In this document: piece by piece, positions 12,236 to 24,827 of the stretch | Layout: each line of letters starts with the position of its first letter | Numbering within the stretch: position 1 is the first letter of the stretch | DNA from: Chiloscyllium plagiosum | Lineage: Eukaryota | DNA: 31,946 nucleotides | Assembly (NCBI RefSeq): GCF_004010195.1 | Contig: NC_057719.1 | Coordinates: 4,178,897 to 4,210,842 of the forward strand | Direction: 5' to 3' | Translations under genes and position numbers: made by a program | Notes under the pieces: model-generated | Told to the model about the DNA's origin: nothing | The model's database searches: none | The model's input: the letters and a program-made list of their open reading frames with translations, nothing else

Positions 12236-13666
12236 AAATCCATCAGATCAGCTTGTGGTGCACATCATTCTACAGTCACCGTGTAGCCTTTTGCAAGGAG
12301 TAAGAAGATTGGCAATCTATTGCTTCTCCTCTCTGGCAATGTCAAATGGCACACACCTGACAAACTCCCATACCCCTCCTCACCACGCTCAAAATAAAAT
12401 TATTTGCTTCCTTAGATCTCTCTGGGAAAAAGATATTCAACTGAAGTCAGTCACGAAATCAGTTGTCTCTAGTGTTGTGCCTTGCAAATTATCAAGACGT
12501 CTGTGGTTTGCTACTGCTAAGCTGTTTTACATGGTAAATTTTAGATCATATCGTCTGTCTCCATTTTGTTCTATATGTTTTGATTTCCTGGTTAATTTGT
12601 CTCAATTCTTTCTTTAGTGTTGCATTTAGGGGGCCAATCTAGCCATTTACGCCTCAAATAGACAAATTCTGTTTCTTTATTGCACCCATTATTACACTCT
12701 GGTTTTTTGTGCTGTAAAATCTTTAAATTCTCTCTTCATCTGCATGCTCACATGCCTTCTGTTTTACTCTTCCTGCCTTGTCCCTCCCCAACCACTTCCA
12801 ATGATTTGAACATTACATTTTATTGCAATTCAGTTTCTCTTTAGTTCTGAACACAGGTTGACTTGAAGTATTAGATGGAACCCTGTGAGGATTTGACCAA
12901 AGTGAGCTATGGCAAGATAGTGGCATAATCAGAGGATGTTCAGTGAGACCCACTTGATATCAGGATCATCTAACCATATCTTGTATGCTTTTTTTTATAA
13001 GTGGTGTGACGTTGACTGGCAGTGGCAAGGTCCCAATTGATGCTCATTGTTGCTTGAGAAATGCCGTTTTGACAGTCTAACTTGTCATAGGTTATGTTTA
13101 TACATATCATACAAACTAGACTGGGAAAACTTGACATGGAAGCCAGAATGGGTTCTTGACTGATTCAACTTACCGCTTAGTCTAAAAGACCTGGACATAA
13201 CATACTAACAGCTCAGGTTTGCTTCATGGGCAATGACCAAGAGCTGCCCACATCCATGGACAACAGTATTGACACATGCTAGCACTGGAACCCTTCTGAT
13301 CCACTTAACAAGACACTTCTGCATTTCAGTGTTGCACCTTGGACTACATTGGCAACTGTCATTGTAATGCTGCATCATGAGCATTTTGCACTCTGGAATG
13401 TATACACCCCTCATGGACTGGACTGGGCTGCAGCTCTCAACCCTTTAACTGTCACTGCTCATTCAGAGCTTAACTAGATGCATACAGCACTCATACCCCC
13501 CTCAGCCACAGATGCCCGGTTCACGTTATGACTGTCCTGTCTTGCTATTCTGAGCAGACACAAATTTGAGCTTATCAAGGCTGTCAGCAGGCCCCAATCA
13601 TTCAAAGATGCTGGTACCTGACAAGTTGGGACAGAAATCTGGTGACTTTTGCCATAAGGGCAGAAA

Positions 13667-13757
13667 TAGATTAGAGTGCTAGAAAAGCACAGCAGGTCAG
13701 GCAGCATCCGAGGAGCAGGAAAATTGACGTTTCGGGCAAAAGCCCTTCATCAGGAAT
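13667..13757 (-). mobile_element. PLE terminal fragment with intact hammerhead core
   Basis: Minus strand 13753-13726 reads CTGATGA A GGGC TTTT GCCC GAAA CG TC. Confidence 0.7.
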
Positions 13758-14427
13758 TAGAGCTGCAGTGAGTTTGGTAACAAGCTCTTGTGAGAATCAC
13801 CATCATACCTGATGTGGCTTACACTTAACCAAAAAAAATAAGATTCAGACCCCTCAAGATGTTGCCTGACTTGCTGAGATTTCTAGTAGTTTTTCTTCTT
13901 TTTACATGTTAAAATGAGCTGTTCAGCTGAGGCAGAGGTTTTTAAAAAAAGAAAATCACAAAGGGAAAAGAAATGAAAAGAAACAAAATTTAGTAGTTGC
14001 TCCCAAAGTAGGAGTAACTGCCAGAGTTGTTAAACCAGCTGTGAATGAGCCCAGGCTTGGTTAGTTTCAGGAATTTGGCAGATAACATAAAGCTGGGTGG
14101 AAGGGTGAGCTGTGAGGAGGATGCACAGATTTTGCAGTGTGATTTAGTGCAGGCTGAGTTAGTGGACAGATGCATGGGAGATGCAGCATAATGTGGAGAA
14201 AGAGGAGGTTACCCACTTTGGTAGCAAAAATAGGAAGGCAGATAAATATTATTTGAATGGCTGTAAATTGAGACAAGGAAGTGCTCAACAAAATCTTGAT
14301 GTTCCTGTGCACCAGCTACTGAAAGTAAGTGTGCAGATGCAGCAAGCAATAAAGAAGGCAAACTGTATGATGGACTTTAAAGCAAGGGGACTTGAGGACA
14401 GGAACAAGGATGCCTTGCAGCGATTGT

Positions 14428-14518
14428 GACTCTGAACTGCCCTCTGGGCAATTAGGGACAAATAACAAATGTTGGCCAAGCTAGCAACGTCTTTATCCAC
14501 GGAATGAATAAAAAACAA
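14428..14518 (+). mobile_element. SINE-like 3' fragment (body end joined directly to family A LINE tail)
   Basis: GACTCTGAACTGCCCTCTG|GGCAATTAGGGA..GAATGAATAAAAAA. Confidence 0.6.
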
Positions 14519-14610
14519 ATCCATTGAAGATGAACGTGAAGCCTGCGCAGATACTGTTAGTGAAAGCTGTCCTGGTGTCAATATCAGTGAAAAGATCAAA
14601 CAGTCTTTAT

Positions 14611-14900
14611 GGCAGCATGGTACCTCGGTGGTTAGCGCTGGTGCCTCACGGCACCAGGGACCCGGGTTTGATTCCAGCCTCCATTCCAACAACTATCTGT
14701 GGAGTTTGCACATTCTCCCTGTGTCTGCATGGGTTTCCTCCCACAATCCAAAAGATGTGCAGGTCAGGTGAATTGGTCGTACCAAATTGCCATAGTGTTG
14801 GGTGCATTAGAGGGAAATGGGTCTGGGTAGGTTACTCTTCGGAGGGATTGTGTGGACTTGTTGGGCCAAGTGGCCTGTTTCCACACTGTAGGAATTCTAT
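14611..14900 (+). mobile_element. HE1-like V-SINE
   Basis: tRNA-like head GGCAGCATGGTACCTCGGTGGTTAGC..GGGTTTGATTCC, V-domain, tail as in 2701-2978. Confidence 0.85.
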
Positions 14901-15455
14901 GAAAATTATACAGGGCGTTGGTGAAGCCACACCTGGAGTATTCTGTGCAGTTTTGGTCTCCTCATCTGAGAAAGGATGCTCTTACTATAAAGAGAGTACA
15001 GCAAACATTTACCAGATTGATTCCTGGAGTTGCAGGAATGACATGATGAGAGGTTGAATCAGTTAGAATTATATTCTCTAGTGATTAGAACAATATGGGG
15101 GCATTTCATAGAAACGTCCTGAAATTCTAACAGGATGAGACAGGTTAGATGCAGTAAGTATGTTCCCAGTGGTGGAAGAGTCCAGGACTAGGGGTCATAG
15201 TTTGAGAATGGAGGTAAATCTTTTCAGACTGAAATGAGAAGTTTTCTTGCTCAGAGTGGTGAGCTTTTGGAAGTCACTACCACAATAAGAGGTTCAGGCC
15301 AAAATATATTTTCAAGGAAATAGATGGCTCTGGTGGCTAAATGGATACAGGGGAAACAGCAGAATTAGGCTATTACTTTGGTGATCAGCCATGAACATGT
15401 TGAATGGTGGAATGGGCTCAAGAGCTCGAATGGTATAAATATTTTCTATGTTTCT

Positions 15456-16110
15456 ACCACCAATACTCAACAGCAGCATCGTGTACTATCTATAAGATAC
15501 AGTGCAGAAGTTCACCAGAGATCCTAAGACAGCACCTTCTAAACCCATGACCACTACCATCCAGAAAAACATTTGACACCAGGGGGTATATTTTTAAGAT
15601 GAGAAGAGAAAGATTTTAAAAAGATATGAGGGGCAATTTCTTTTACACACAGTTTGTGTGTGGAATGAACTTCTCGAAGTGGTGGGTGCGGGTACAATGT
15701 TTAAAAGACATTGAGGTAAGTGCACGAATAAGAAATGTTTGGAGAGATATGGGCCGAGCGTAGGCAGGCGGGGCTAGTTTAATTTGAGATCATGGTCGGC
15801 ATAGACTGGTTGAACTAGTGGCTTTGTTTCTGACCTGTATGGCTCAATAACAAGGGCAGCTGATAGATGGGCATACTACCACCTTCAAGCTCCCCCCCCC
15901 CCCCCCCCCCCTCCAATCCACTCACTATTCTGACTTGAAAATGTATCAGTGTCATTGAGTCAGTAATCATGGAATTCCATCCCTGAGGTTGTTTTGGTCC
16001 CATCTGCATCTCGAGGACTGCAATAGTTCAAAAAGGCAACTCTCTCCCACCTTCTGAAGGGCAAGTAGGGACTCCCAGCCAGCAATTCTCATCCCACAAG
16101 TATATAAAAC
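15456..16110 (+). mobile_element. Family A LINE 3' fragment with nested CR1 3' piece (~15570-15842)
   Basis: Matches ~140-500 on both sides of a CR1 tail; contains a C20 run at 15892-15911. Confidence 0.7.
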
Positions 16111-17419
16111 ATAAACTTTGGATAGAAAATCCCACAAAGGATGTTAATTTATTTTTGTTATGTAAAATGGAGACATCCCTCCCATAAAAATAGGCAGTCC
16201 TGAATATGAAGTTCCCTTGTTAGCTTTTGATAACAACACTATGGTGAAAAATGGGGGTTATCCATGTTGAAGATTAATCACTTGGCTTGGAGGTTGAAGA
16301 GCTCCTGGCAAAAAGAATCCCAATCATAGAATATTACAGAATGAGCCAACTTTGCCTGCTAAGACTGTATTTGCTCTGTCAAATAGTCCCAATTCCTCAC
16401 TCTGGCTTCATTTTTTTCACATTTGAATTCAGTTTGGAAAGACACTCATCAAAAATAAAACTTCACCGTGAATACAAAACTTGATATAAATATAAAAACT
16501 CTGAAACCCTATCTTGGGTGGTCCTCTTCCCATTTCCCACTCTCACTTCCCCTCCCACCCATCTCCTTTGTAACAACTACATCTGTCTACTTGTGAAACT
16601 TGAATGTCAAGCACAGTAGTGTCTTAAGGCATGCTCCTTGGAACTTGAATTACTGTTGTTTTTAATGGCGCAGGGCTCTGTGTCTTGGATCCTTGTCAAA
16701 GCTATTACAGCCATGACTCCTGTAAGTTAAAACCAACATTCAGACTTTTACACAGCCAGATCAGCAAATCCTGTGAAGACAGGGCTAAGATCTCATGATG
16801 TGTCAACATTTTCTAGCTCCCCACAGGAGGGATTTGGCAAAAAATATCATCTTTTCATGATCCGCTGATGAGCTTGCAGAGTGAACTGAACCCAAACTTC
16901 TTGGCAGCAAACTGGATTTTTCACACTTAAATAATGCAATTTTGTTTGAGGGGTTTTAGGAGATGGTTTTAGCTAGAGCATTAGTAAGGGACTGTACTGG
17001 AATTACTCTGCTCAACCCTGGTCCCTGCAACTCCCTGCTGTGACTTGTGGTGGAAACCAATGAGAGGAAGGAATAATCAAACATAGACTCTTTCCTACCC
17101 CATCGTGATCAGCAGCTATATGTAGAAGCAGTGTGTGAGGAGAACATCAAGCACTGCAGCAATACAAATTAATAGTTTATTCATTGGTTGGCACCCATAT
17201 AATTGTGTGTCGATCTGATGTGCACATGGAAATGGTATTCCTAGGACTTGCTATATAATACTTCATATTCACGGTGAATGCATTAATACTTGATGTGCAA
17301 TTATATTGTTATATAGAGTGCTAGTATTGAATAAAAAAGTAATGTTTATCAGGCCTCAAACAAGTTTTGTTTTTAATAATAGGAATGAGAGATCATCTAA
17401 ACAGCATTCAGAGTCTTGG

Positions 17420-17570
17420 TGTAACATCTCATGTCAAAGACAGCACTTCTGACAATGCTGCACTCCCTTAAGAGCTGCACTCATACGCCAGCTCGCATAC
17501 ATGGTCAAATACGGGAAGGAAGCTGGAAACTATAACTATTCAGAGCTGACAGTGCTAAGCTAACAGTGAA
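17420..17570 (-). mobile_element. Old DeuSINE-like 5'/Deu fragment
   Basis: TCTCATGTCAAAGACAGCACTTCTGACAATGCTGCACTCCC is antisense to the recalled Deu core (GTGCTGCA..GGAGGTGCCGTCTTTCGGATGAGA). Confidence 0.5.
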
Positions 17571-18559
17571 GAAAGACAAGCACTCGGTCAGGCATGCACA
17601 TTGTTGAAAATGTGCAGAAGACCTTAACTTGTTTCCTTGCCTTATAAAATTTGTATAGAACAAAGTCTGAAGTAGAGCTCTTCTGTTATTTAGTTAAGCA
17701 TATTCCTGTTTGTAGGTAATTTGTATTGATTTCAGCCACAAGAGGGTGTCTGAGAGCAGTCTGCTAAAGGATTTGTCTGACATTTACTCTCATTTTTAGT
17801 GGTTGAAAGCATCACACTTCCCACAGCAGACTTCCATATGTCAGCATTTCACCCTCAATGTCAGAGGGTCACATATCATATGATATTATCATATGGCAAA
17901 GAAGAACCTTTTTGTAGGTCTCATTCTAGTGCTAAGTCTTAAACAAAAAAAAAGTACTTAGTGGCGGGATTCAGAAACACAGCTGAATCCTGCTAATGTG
18001 CCCAAAACTAAATTTGCTGTGACTTTTAGAATGTTCTGTTGAAGCTTTTCACCTACTCTTGACTTCCTGACCATGCAAACCAAGGCAAGAACTCCCTAAA
18101 AGCACTGGGTATACTTTGCTCACCAAGACTGCAATGGTTCATCTTCCCCCAGCACTTCAAATTCACCACCTTCACCCCCCACCCCCACCAACCTCCACTA
18201 TTGCATAAATGCTGCCACTCAGCTTTGATGAAAAGTCATCTAGAGTTGAAATGTTAGCTTGCCCTCTCTCCATGGATGCTGACTGACCCGCTGTGATCTC
18301 CAGCATTTGTTGTTTTAAGTGGTTTGTGAAGACTGTCATATTCCTTTATTCGATGTAAACATATCGATTATATGACCAGGATTGGTGAAATGAAAATGTT
18401 GGTTCTTTCTTGGAAAATAACTCTGCGTGCATGCAAAGTCAAATGGGAGAACGGTGTATACGTATCTGACTTCAATGACTGCTGTTGCGTGTTGAGTACA
18501 GCATCATAGATAGTGATTGGCAGCATTTTAAGGTAGACCGTTTTAAAGGTCTCAAGACT

Positions 18560-19465
18560 ATACGAAACAGTAACAAGAGTAGGCCCTGAGCCTGCTCTGC
18601 CTTTCAGTGGGAGCATGGCTGATCCAATATTCCTCATGGCCATTTTCCTGCCCTTCCCTATAACTCCTGAATCTCCAACTGATCAAGAATCGATCTATCT
18701 CCGGTTTAAGATTAGATTCCCCACAATGTGGAAACAGACCTTTCAGCCCAACCAGTCCACACCGACCCTCCGAAGAGTAACCCACCCAGACTCATTGCCC
18801 TCTGACTAATGCACCTAACACTATGGGCAATTTAGCATGGCCAATTCACCTAACCTGCACATATTTGGACTGGGAGGAAACTGACGCAGTCACAGGGAGA
18901 ATGTGCAAACTCCACACAGACAGTTACCCGAGGCTGGAATCAAACCCAGGTCCCTGGCACTGTAAGGCAGCAGTGCTAACCACTAAGCCACCATGCTGTT
19001 TAAATATACGCTAGGACTCTGTCCCCACAGCTCACCGTGGCAAGGAGTTCCAAAGACACTCGACCCTCTTAAGAGAAGGAATTTTCCTCATCTTCAAATT
19101 GGCACCCCTTTATTCCGAGACTGTGCCCTCCGGTCCTCGACTCTCCCATGAGGGGGAACATCCCTCTCAGCATTTGCCATGTTAAGCCCTTTAATGATCT
19201 GAAATGTTTCAATGAGAACTCTTGTTCTTCTAAACTCCAGTGAGTACCAACCTGTTTAGCCTTTGTTCATTAAACAATTCCTCCATACCAGGGATCATCC
19301 TGAGCTGCTTCCAATAGAATGATATCTTTCCTTAAATAAGGGATCAAAACTGCTCAAAATAAACCAGATTTGATCTCACCAGCTCCTTATATAGTTGCAG
19401 TAAGACTTGCTTACTTGTCTGCACCAACCGGCTTGAATTAAGGGCCAACTTTGTAGTAGCCTTCC
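18560..19465 (-). mobile_element. CR1 3' fragment split by a SINE
   Basis: Antisense similarity to 3325-3800 and 30228-30803, continuous across 18710-18997. Confidence 0.8.
18710..18997 (-). mobile_element. HE1-like V-SINE
   Basis: Reverse complement of 14611-14900; flanking GTTTAA at 18704-18709 and 18998-19003. Confidence 0.85.
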
Positions 19466-19584
19466 TCAGAACTGAGGAGGGTCACTGGACCTTAAGATTG
19501 ATTTCTCTTCACACGTGCTGAAATTTTCCAGCAACTTATGTTTTTGTTTCTGATTAACAGTATCCACAATTCTTTCATTTTTTA

Positions 19585-20620
19585 TTCCATCAGCCTTCCT
19601 GATTCCTCAATGATGGAAGAGTCCAGCACATCAGTGCAATAGATAAGGCTGAAGCTTTCACAGCAATCTTCAGTCAGAAGTGCTAAGTGGATAATCCATC
19701 TCGGTCTCCTCCAATGGTCCCCAGCATCACAGATACCAGTCTCCAGCCAATTCGATTCAGTCCACATGATATCAAGAAACGGTTGGCGACACTGGAAATT
19801 GCAAAGGCTACAGGTCCTGACAACATTCCACCAATAATACTCAAGACTTGTGCTCCAGAACGTGCTGCTGTCTGAGCCAAGCTCTTCCAATACAGTTACA
19901 ACACTGGCGTCTACCCGACAATGTGGAAAATTGCCCAGGTATGTCCTGTACACAAAAAGTAGGACAAATCCAACTCATCCAATTACACCTCCATCAGTCT
20001 ACTTGATCATCAGTAAAGTGATGGGCAGTGTCATCAACAGTGCTATCAAGCAGTACCTGATCAGCAATAACCTGCTCAGTGACACCCAGTTTGGGTTCCC
20101 CCAGGGCCACTCAGCTCCTGACATCATTACAGCCTTGGTTCAAACATGGACAAAAGAGCGGAATTCCAGAGGGGAGGGGAGAGTGACAGCCCTTGACATC
20201 AAGACAGCATTCGACCGAGTGGGGCATCAAGGAACCCGTGCAAAACTGGAATTAATGGGTATCAGGAGCAAACTCTCTGCTGATAGGAGTCATACTTGGG
20301 ACATAGGAAGATGATTGTGGTTGTTGGAGGTCAGTCACCTCAGCTCCAGGACGTCGCTGCAGGAATTTCTCAAGGTAGTGTCCTAGGCCCAACCACCTTC
20401 AGAGCTTCAAAGATGTCCTTCCCTCCATCGTAGGGTCAGAAGTGGGGATGTTTGCTGATGATTAAACAAAGTTCAGCACCATTCACAACTCCTCAAATAC
20501 TGAAGCAGTCCATGCTCAACAATATCCAGGCTTGGGCTGACAAGTGGCAAGTAACATTCACGCCACACAAATTCTAGGCAATGACTTTCACCAATAAGAG
20601 ACAATGTAACCACTGCCCCC
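19585..20620 (+). mobile_element. Family A LINE RT fragment
   Basis: KATGPDNIP, QFGFPQGHS, ALDIKTAFDRV, QGSVLGP, FADD motifs with frameshifts; paralogous to ~23360-24240. Confidence 0.9.
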
Positions 20621-20920
20621 TCTAGCCTCCCAGCCTGCCTCAATTCCCTGCAATTTACCTTTTGACATAACAGTTCCACAGCAGAAGCCATTTCCCCAAC
20701 TATACCCTCATCCCTGGAACATCTAGATGACAAGGACACCTGTGTCAGACTCCTGCTCATCAACTATAGCTCCGCCTTCAACGCCATAGTCCCCTCCAGA
20801 CTGATCTCAAAACTCTGAGACCTAGGTCTCGACTCCACCCTCTGCAACTGTTTCCTCAGCTTCCTGACCCACAGACCGCAATCTGTGAAGATAGACAATA
20901 GCACCTTCTACACGATAGTC

Positions 20921-21162
20921 ATGATTTGGAGATGCTGGTGTTGGACTGGAGTGGACAAAGTTAAAAATTGCACAACACCAGGTTTATTTGGGAGCACTAG
21001 CTTTTTGAGCGCTGCTCCTTCATCAGGTGGTTTAATTTAAATTTTGTGTCCTACGATATTATACTCCACAACCACCTGATGAAGGAGCAGTGCTCCGAAA
21101 GCTAGTGCTTCCAAATAAAACAGTTGGACCATTACCTGGTGTGTTGTGTGATTTTTAACCTC
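20921..21162. mobile_element. Short fold-back PLE insertion in the Rex1 element
   Basis: Arms ~20959-21031 and ~21071-21159 inverted; TSD CACGAT A[G/A]TC at 20911-20920 and 21163-21172. Confidence 0.85.
21073..21107 (+). ncRNA. Minimal hammerhead ribozyme motif, intact
   Basis: CAC CTGATGA A GGAGC AGT GCTCC GAAA GC TA GTG: stem I CAC/GTG, 5-bp stem II, palindromic AGCT. Confidence 0.65.
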
Positions 21163-24100
21163 CACGATAATCCTCAACACTGGAGCCCCACAAGGATATG
21201 TACTCAGCCCCTTACTGTACTCTCTGTACACCCACGACTGTATTTCAAATTCCATACGAATGCCATCTATAAGTTCGCTGATGACACCACCGGATATACA
21301 ACAATTGATGAGTCAAAATAGAGGAAGGAAACAGGGCGCTTGGTGTCGTAGTGCAATGATAACAATCTCTCTCAATGTCAGCAAGACAAAAGAACTGATC
21401 ACCGATATCAGGAAGAAAGGAAGAGGACACGCCCTGATCTACATCAATGCAGTGGAGTTGGAGAGATGCAAGAGCGTCACCTTCCTAGGAGCAGCCATAA
21501 CTAACAATCTGTCCTGGTCCACCCACATAGATGCAACGGTCAAGAAGACACAACAATGCCTCTGCTTCCTCAGGAGGCTAAGGAAATTCAGCATGTCCAT
21601 ACGGACCCTCACCAAATTTACCTGATGCATCATAGAAAGCATACTGTAGGGTGCATCACGGCTTGATGCAGCAACTGCTCTGCCCACGACTGTAAGAAAC
21701 TACAGAAAGTTGTGTACATAGCCCAAACCATCATGGAAGCCAACATCCGATCCATGGACTCCATCTACACTTCTCACTGTCATGGAAAGACTGCCAACAT
21801 TATCATAGACCCCTCCCACCCCAATAATACTCTCTTCCAACCTCTTCCATCAGGCAGAAGCTTGAGCAACAGGTTCAGAAACAGCTTCTTCACTGCTGTT
21901 ATTAGGCTGATGAATGGACTACCTAATTTCAATAATGTTGATCTTGCTTTGCGCACCTCCTGTCCAATGTAACCCTGTCTGTCCTGCTCTGAGCACCCAA
22001 TGATCCTTGTTTGCTATGATCTGTCTGTGCTGTATGTAAAATAAAACTTTTCACTGTACTTGTGACAACATTAAATCAAAACAAATCAAGTCTGGCCTAC
22101 ATGAGTCCAGACCCACAGCACTATGATTCACTCTCAACTTACCTCTGAAATTGCCTTAGGAGCTATTCAGTTGTATTGATTGCAACAAAGTCTCAGAGAA
22201 ATGAAACAAGATGAACTGTCTGGCCTTGACTAAGGCACCTAGACAATATCGGAAACAGCCCTGTCCACCCTGTAAGGTTCTCCACACTAATATCTGGGGG
22301 CTGGTGCCAATGCTGGGAGAACTGTCTCACAGAATAATCAAGAAATAGCCTGACATAGTGATACTCACAGGATCATACCTTACATACAGTGTCCCAGACA
22401 CCACCATCACCATCCCTGGATATGTCCTGTCCCACCGGCAGAGGTCGAGGCACAATAGGATACTGTAATGAGGGAGATGCCCTGGGAGTCCCCAACATTG
22501 ACTCCTGACCCCGTGATGTCTCATGGCTTTGGGTTAAATATGGGCAAGGAAACCTCCTGCTGATTACCACGTACCGTCCTCCCTCAGATGATGGGTCAGT
22601 ACTCCTCCATGTTGAACAGCACGTGCAGGATGCACTGAGGATGGCAAGAGCACAAAGTGTACTGTGGGTGGGGGATTTCAATGCCCCCCAACAAGAGTGG
22701 CTTGGCAGCAATACTACAGATAAAGCTAGTCAGATCCTAAAGGGCATAACTGCGAGACTGTGTCTGCGGCAGGTGGTGAGGGAACCAACAAGAGGGAAAA
22801 CCATACTTGACCTCATCCATAGCAATCTGCCAGCTGCAGATGCATCTGTCCATGACAGTATCGGTAAGAATGACCACCACACTGTCCTTGTGGTCTTCAC
22901 ATTGAGAATACCCTCCATTGTGTTTATGTGGCACTATCACTGTGCTAAACAGGACAGATTTTGAACAGTTCCAGCAACTCAAGGCTGGGGGGGGCATCCA
23001 TGAGTTGCTGTCGGCCATCAACAGTAGCAGAACTGTACTCCAGCACAATCTGTAACCTCATGGCCCGGCATATCTCCCACTCAACCATTACCATCAAGCC
23101 AGGGGATCAACCCTGGTTCAATGGAGAGTGCAGGAGGACATGCCAGGAGCAGCACCAGGTGTACCTGAAGATGAGGCATTACCTGGTGAAGCCACCAATC
23201 AGGGCTACTTGTGTATCAAACAGGATAAGCAGCAAGTGATAGAGCTAAGTGATTCCAGGGCCAATGGATCAGATCTAAGCTCTACAGTCCTGCCACATGT
23301 AGTCGCAAATGGTGGTGGACAATTAAACAACTCACTGGAGGAGGTGGATCCATTAATATCCCCATCCTCAATCATGGATGAGCCCAGCACATCAGCGCAA
23401 AAGATAAGGCTGAAGCTTTCACAGCAATCTTCAGCCAGAAGTGCTGAGTGGATGATCCAGTGGTGCCTCGCATCACAGATACCAGTCTCCAGCCAATTCG
23501 ATTCAGTCCACGTGATATCAAGGAACAGCTGGAGGTACTGGATACTGCAAAGGAAATGGGCCCTGATCACATCTCAGCAATAGTACTGAAAACGTGTGCT
23601 TCAGAACTTGCTGGTCCCCTAGCCAAGCTCTTCCAGTTACAACACTGGCATCTACCCGACAATGTGGGAAATTGCCGAGGTATGTCCCATACACAAAGAG
23701 CAGGCCAAATTCAACCCGGCCAATTACCACCTGATCGGTCAACTCTCCATCATCAGTAAAGTGATGGAAGGGGTCAGCAACAGTGCTATCAAGCAGCACC
23801 TGCTCAGCAATAACCTGCTCAGTGATGCCCTGTTTTGCTTCTACCAGGGCCACTCAGCTCCTGACCTCATCACAGCCTTGGTTCAAACACGGACAAAAGA
23901 GCTGAATTCCAGAGGGGAGGGGAGAGGGACAGCCCTTGGCATCAAGACCATATTTGACCGAGTGGGACATCAAGGTGCCCGAGCAAAACTGGAGTAAATG
24001 GGTATCGAGGGCAAACTCTCCAGTGACTGGAGTCACATCTGGCACATAGGAAGATGGTTGTAATTGTCGGAGGTCAGTCAACCCAGGTCCAAGACATCTC

Positions 24101-24247
24101 TGCAGGAGTTCCTCAGGGGAGTGTCCTCGGCCTAACTATCTGAAGCAGTCTGTGTCCAAATGCAGCAACATTTGGACAATATCCAGACTTGGGCTGACAA
24201 GTGAAAAGTAAAATTCACACTATATAAATGCCAATGACTATCTCCAA

Positions 24248-24827
24248 ACGGACCCCACCACCAAGGATATATTTCCCTCCCCTCCCCTATCAGCATTCCG
24301 TAAAGACCACTCCCTCCGTGACTCCCTCGTCAGACCCACACCCCCCACCAACCCAACCTCCACTCCCGGCACCCTCCCCTGCAACCCCACCAAGGCTATG
24401 CAGGTCTTTGGACTCCTCCATCGTCAGACCACAGCGAAACGATGGTTGGAGGAAGAACGCCTCATCTTCCGGCTAGGAACCCTCCAACCACAAGGGATGA
24501 ACTCGGATTTCACCAGTTTCCTCATTTCCCCTCCCCCCACCTTGTCTCAGTCAAATCCATCGAACTCAGCACCGCCTTCCTAACCTGCAATCTTCTTCCT
24601 GACCTCTCCGCCCCCACCCCAGTCTGACCTATCACCCTCACCTTGACCTCTTTCCACCTATCGCATTTCCAACGCCCCTCCCCCAAGTCCCTCCTCTGTA
24701 CCTTTTATCTTAGCCTGCTGGACACACTTTCCTCATTCCTGAAGAAGGGCTTATGCCCGAAATGTCGATTCTCTTGTTCCCTGGATGCTGCCTGACCTGC
24801 TGCGCTGTTCCAGCAACACATTTTCAG
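24248..24827 (+). mobile_element. Neptune-like PLE 3' fragment, internally deleted
   Basis: PPLSAFRKDHSLRDSLVR..PC joined to LEEERLIFRLGTLQPQGMN; hammerhead core at 24739-24766; exact TSD CTATCTCCAA at 24238-24247 and 24828-24837. Confidence 0.85.

Larger units (their letters stand above)
14070..15455 (+). mobile_element. CR1 RT/3' fragment interrupted at ~14425-14903
   Basis: ADNIKLGG (decayed ADDTKLGG), HFGSKNRKA; resumes LYRALVKPHLEY at ~14905. Confidence 0.85.
20630..22089 (+). mobile_element. Rex1/Babar LINE, 5'-truncated
   Basis: LEHLDDKDTCVRLLLINYSSAFNAIVP, GAPQG.VLSPLLYSLYTHD, KFADDT, LNVSKTKELI, FLRRLRKF, RFRNSFF; ends AATAAAA..(AAATC)-like tail. Confidence 0.88.

Noticed and set aside
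12560..12880. Possible very old PLE-type remnant
   Set aside because: Similarity too patchy to call by eye.
14611..14685. tRNA gene
   Set aside because: tRNA-derived SINE head continuing into the V-domain; no complete cloverleaf.
14524..15057. 177-aa ORF
   Set aside because: Chance read-through across a SINE and a CR1.
15892..15911. C20 run as a functional G-quadruplex
   Set aside because: Slippage expansion of a short C tract (AAGTTCCCCTCC in other copies) inside a LINE 3'UTR.
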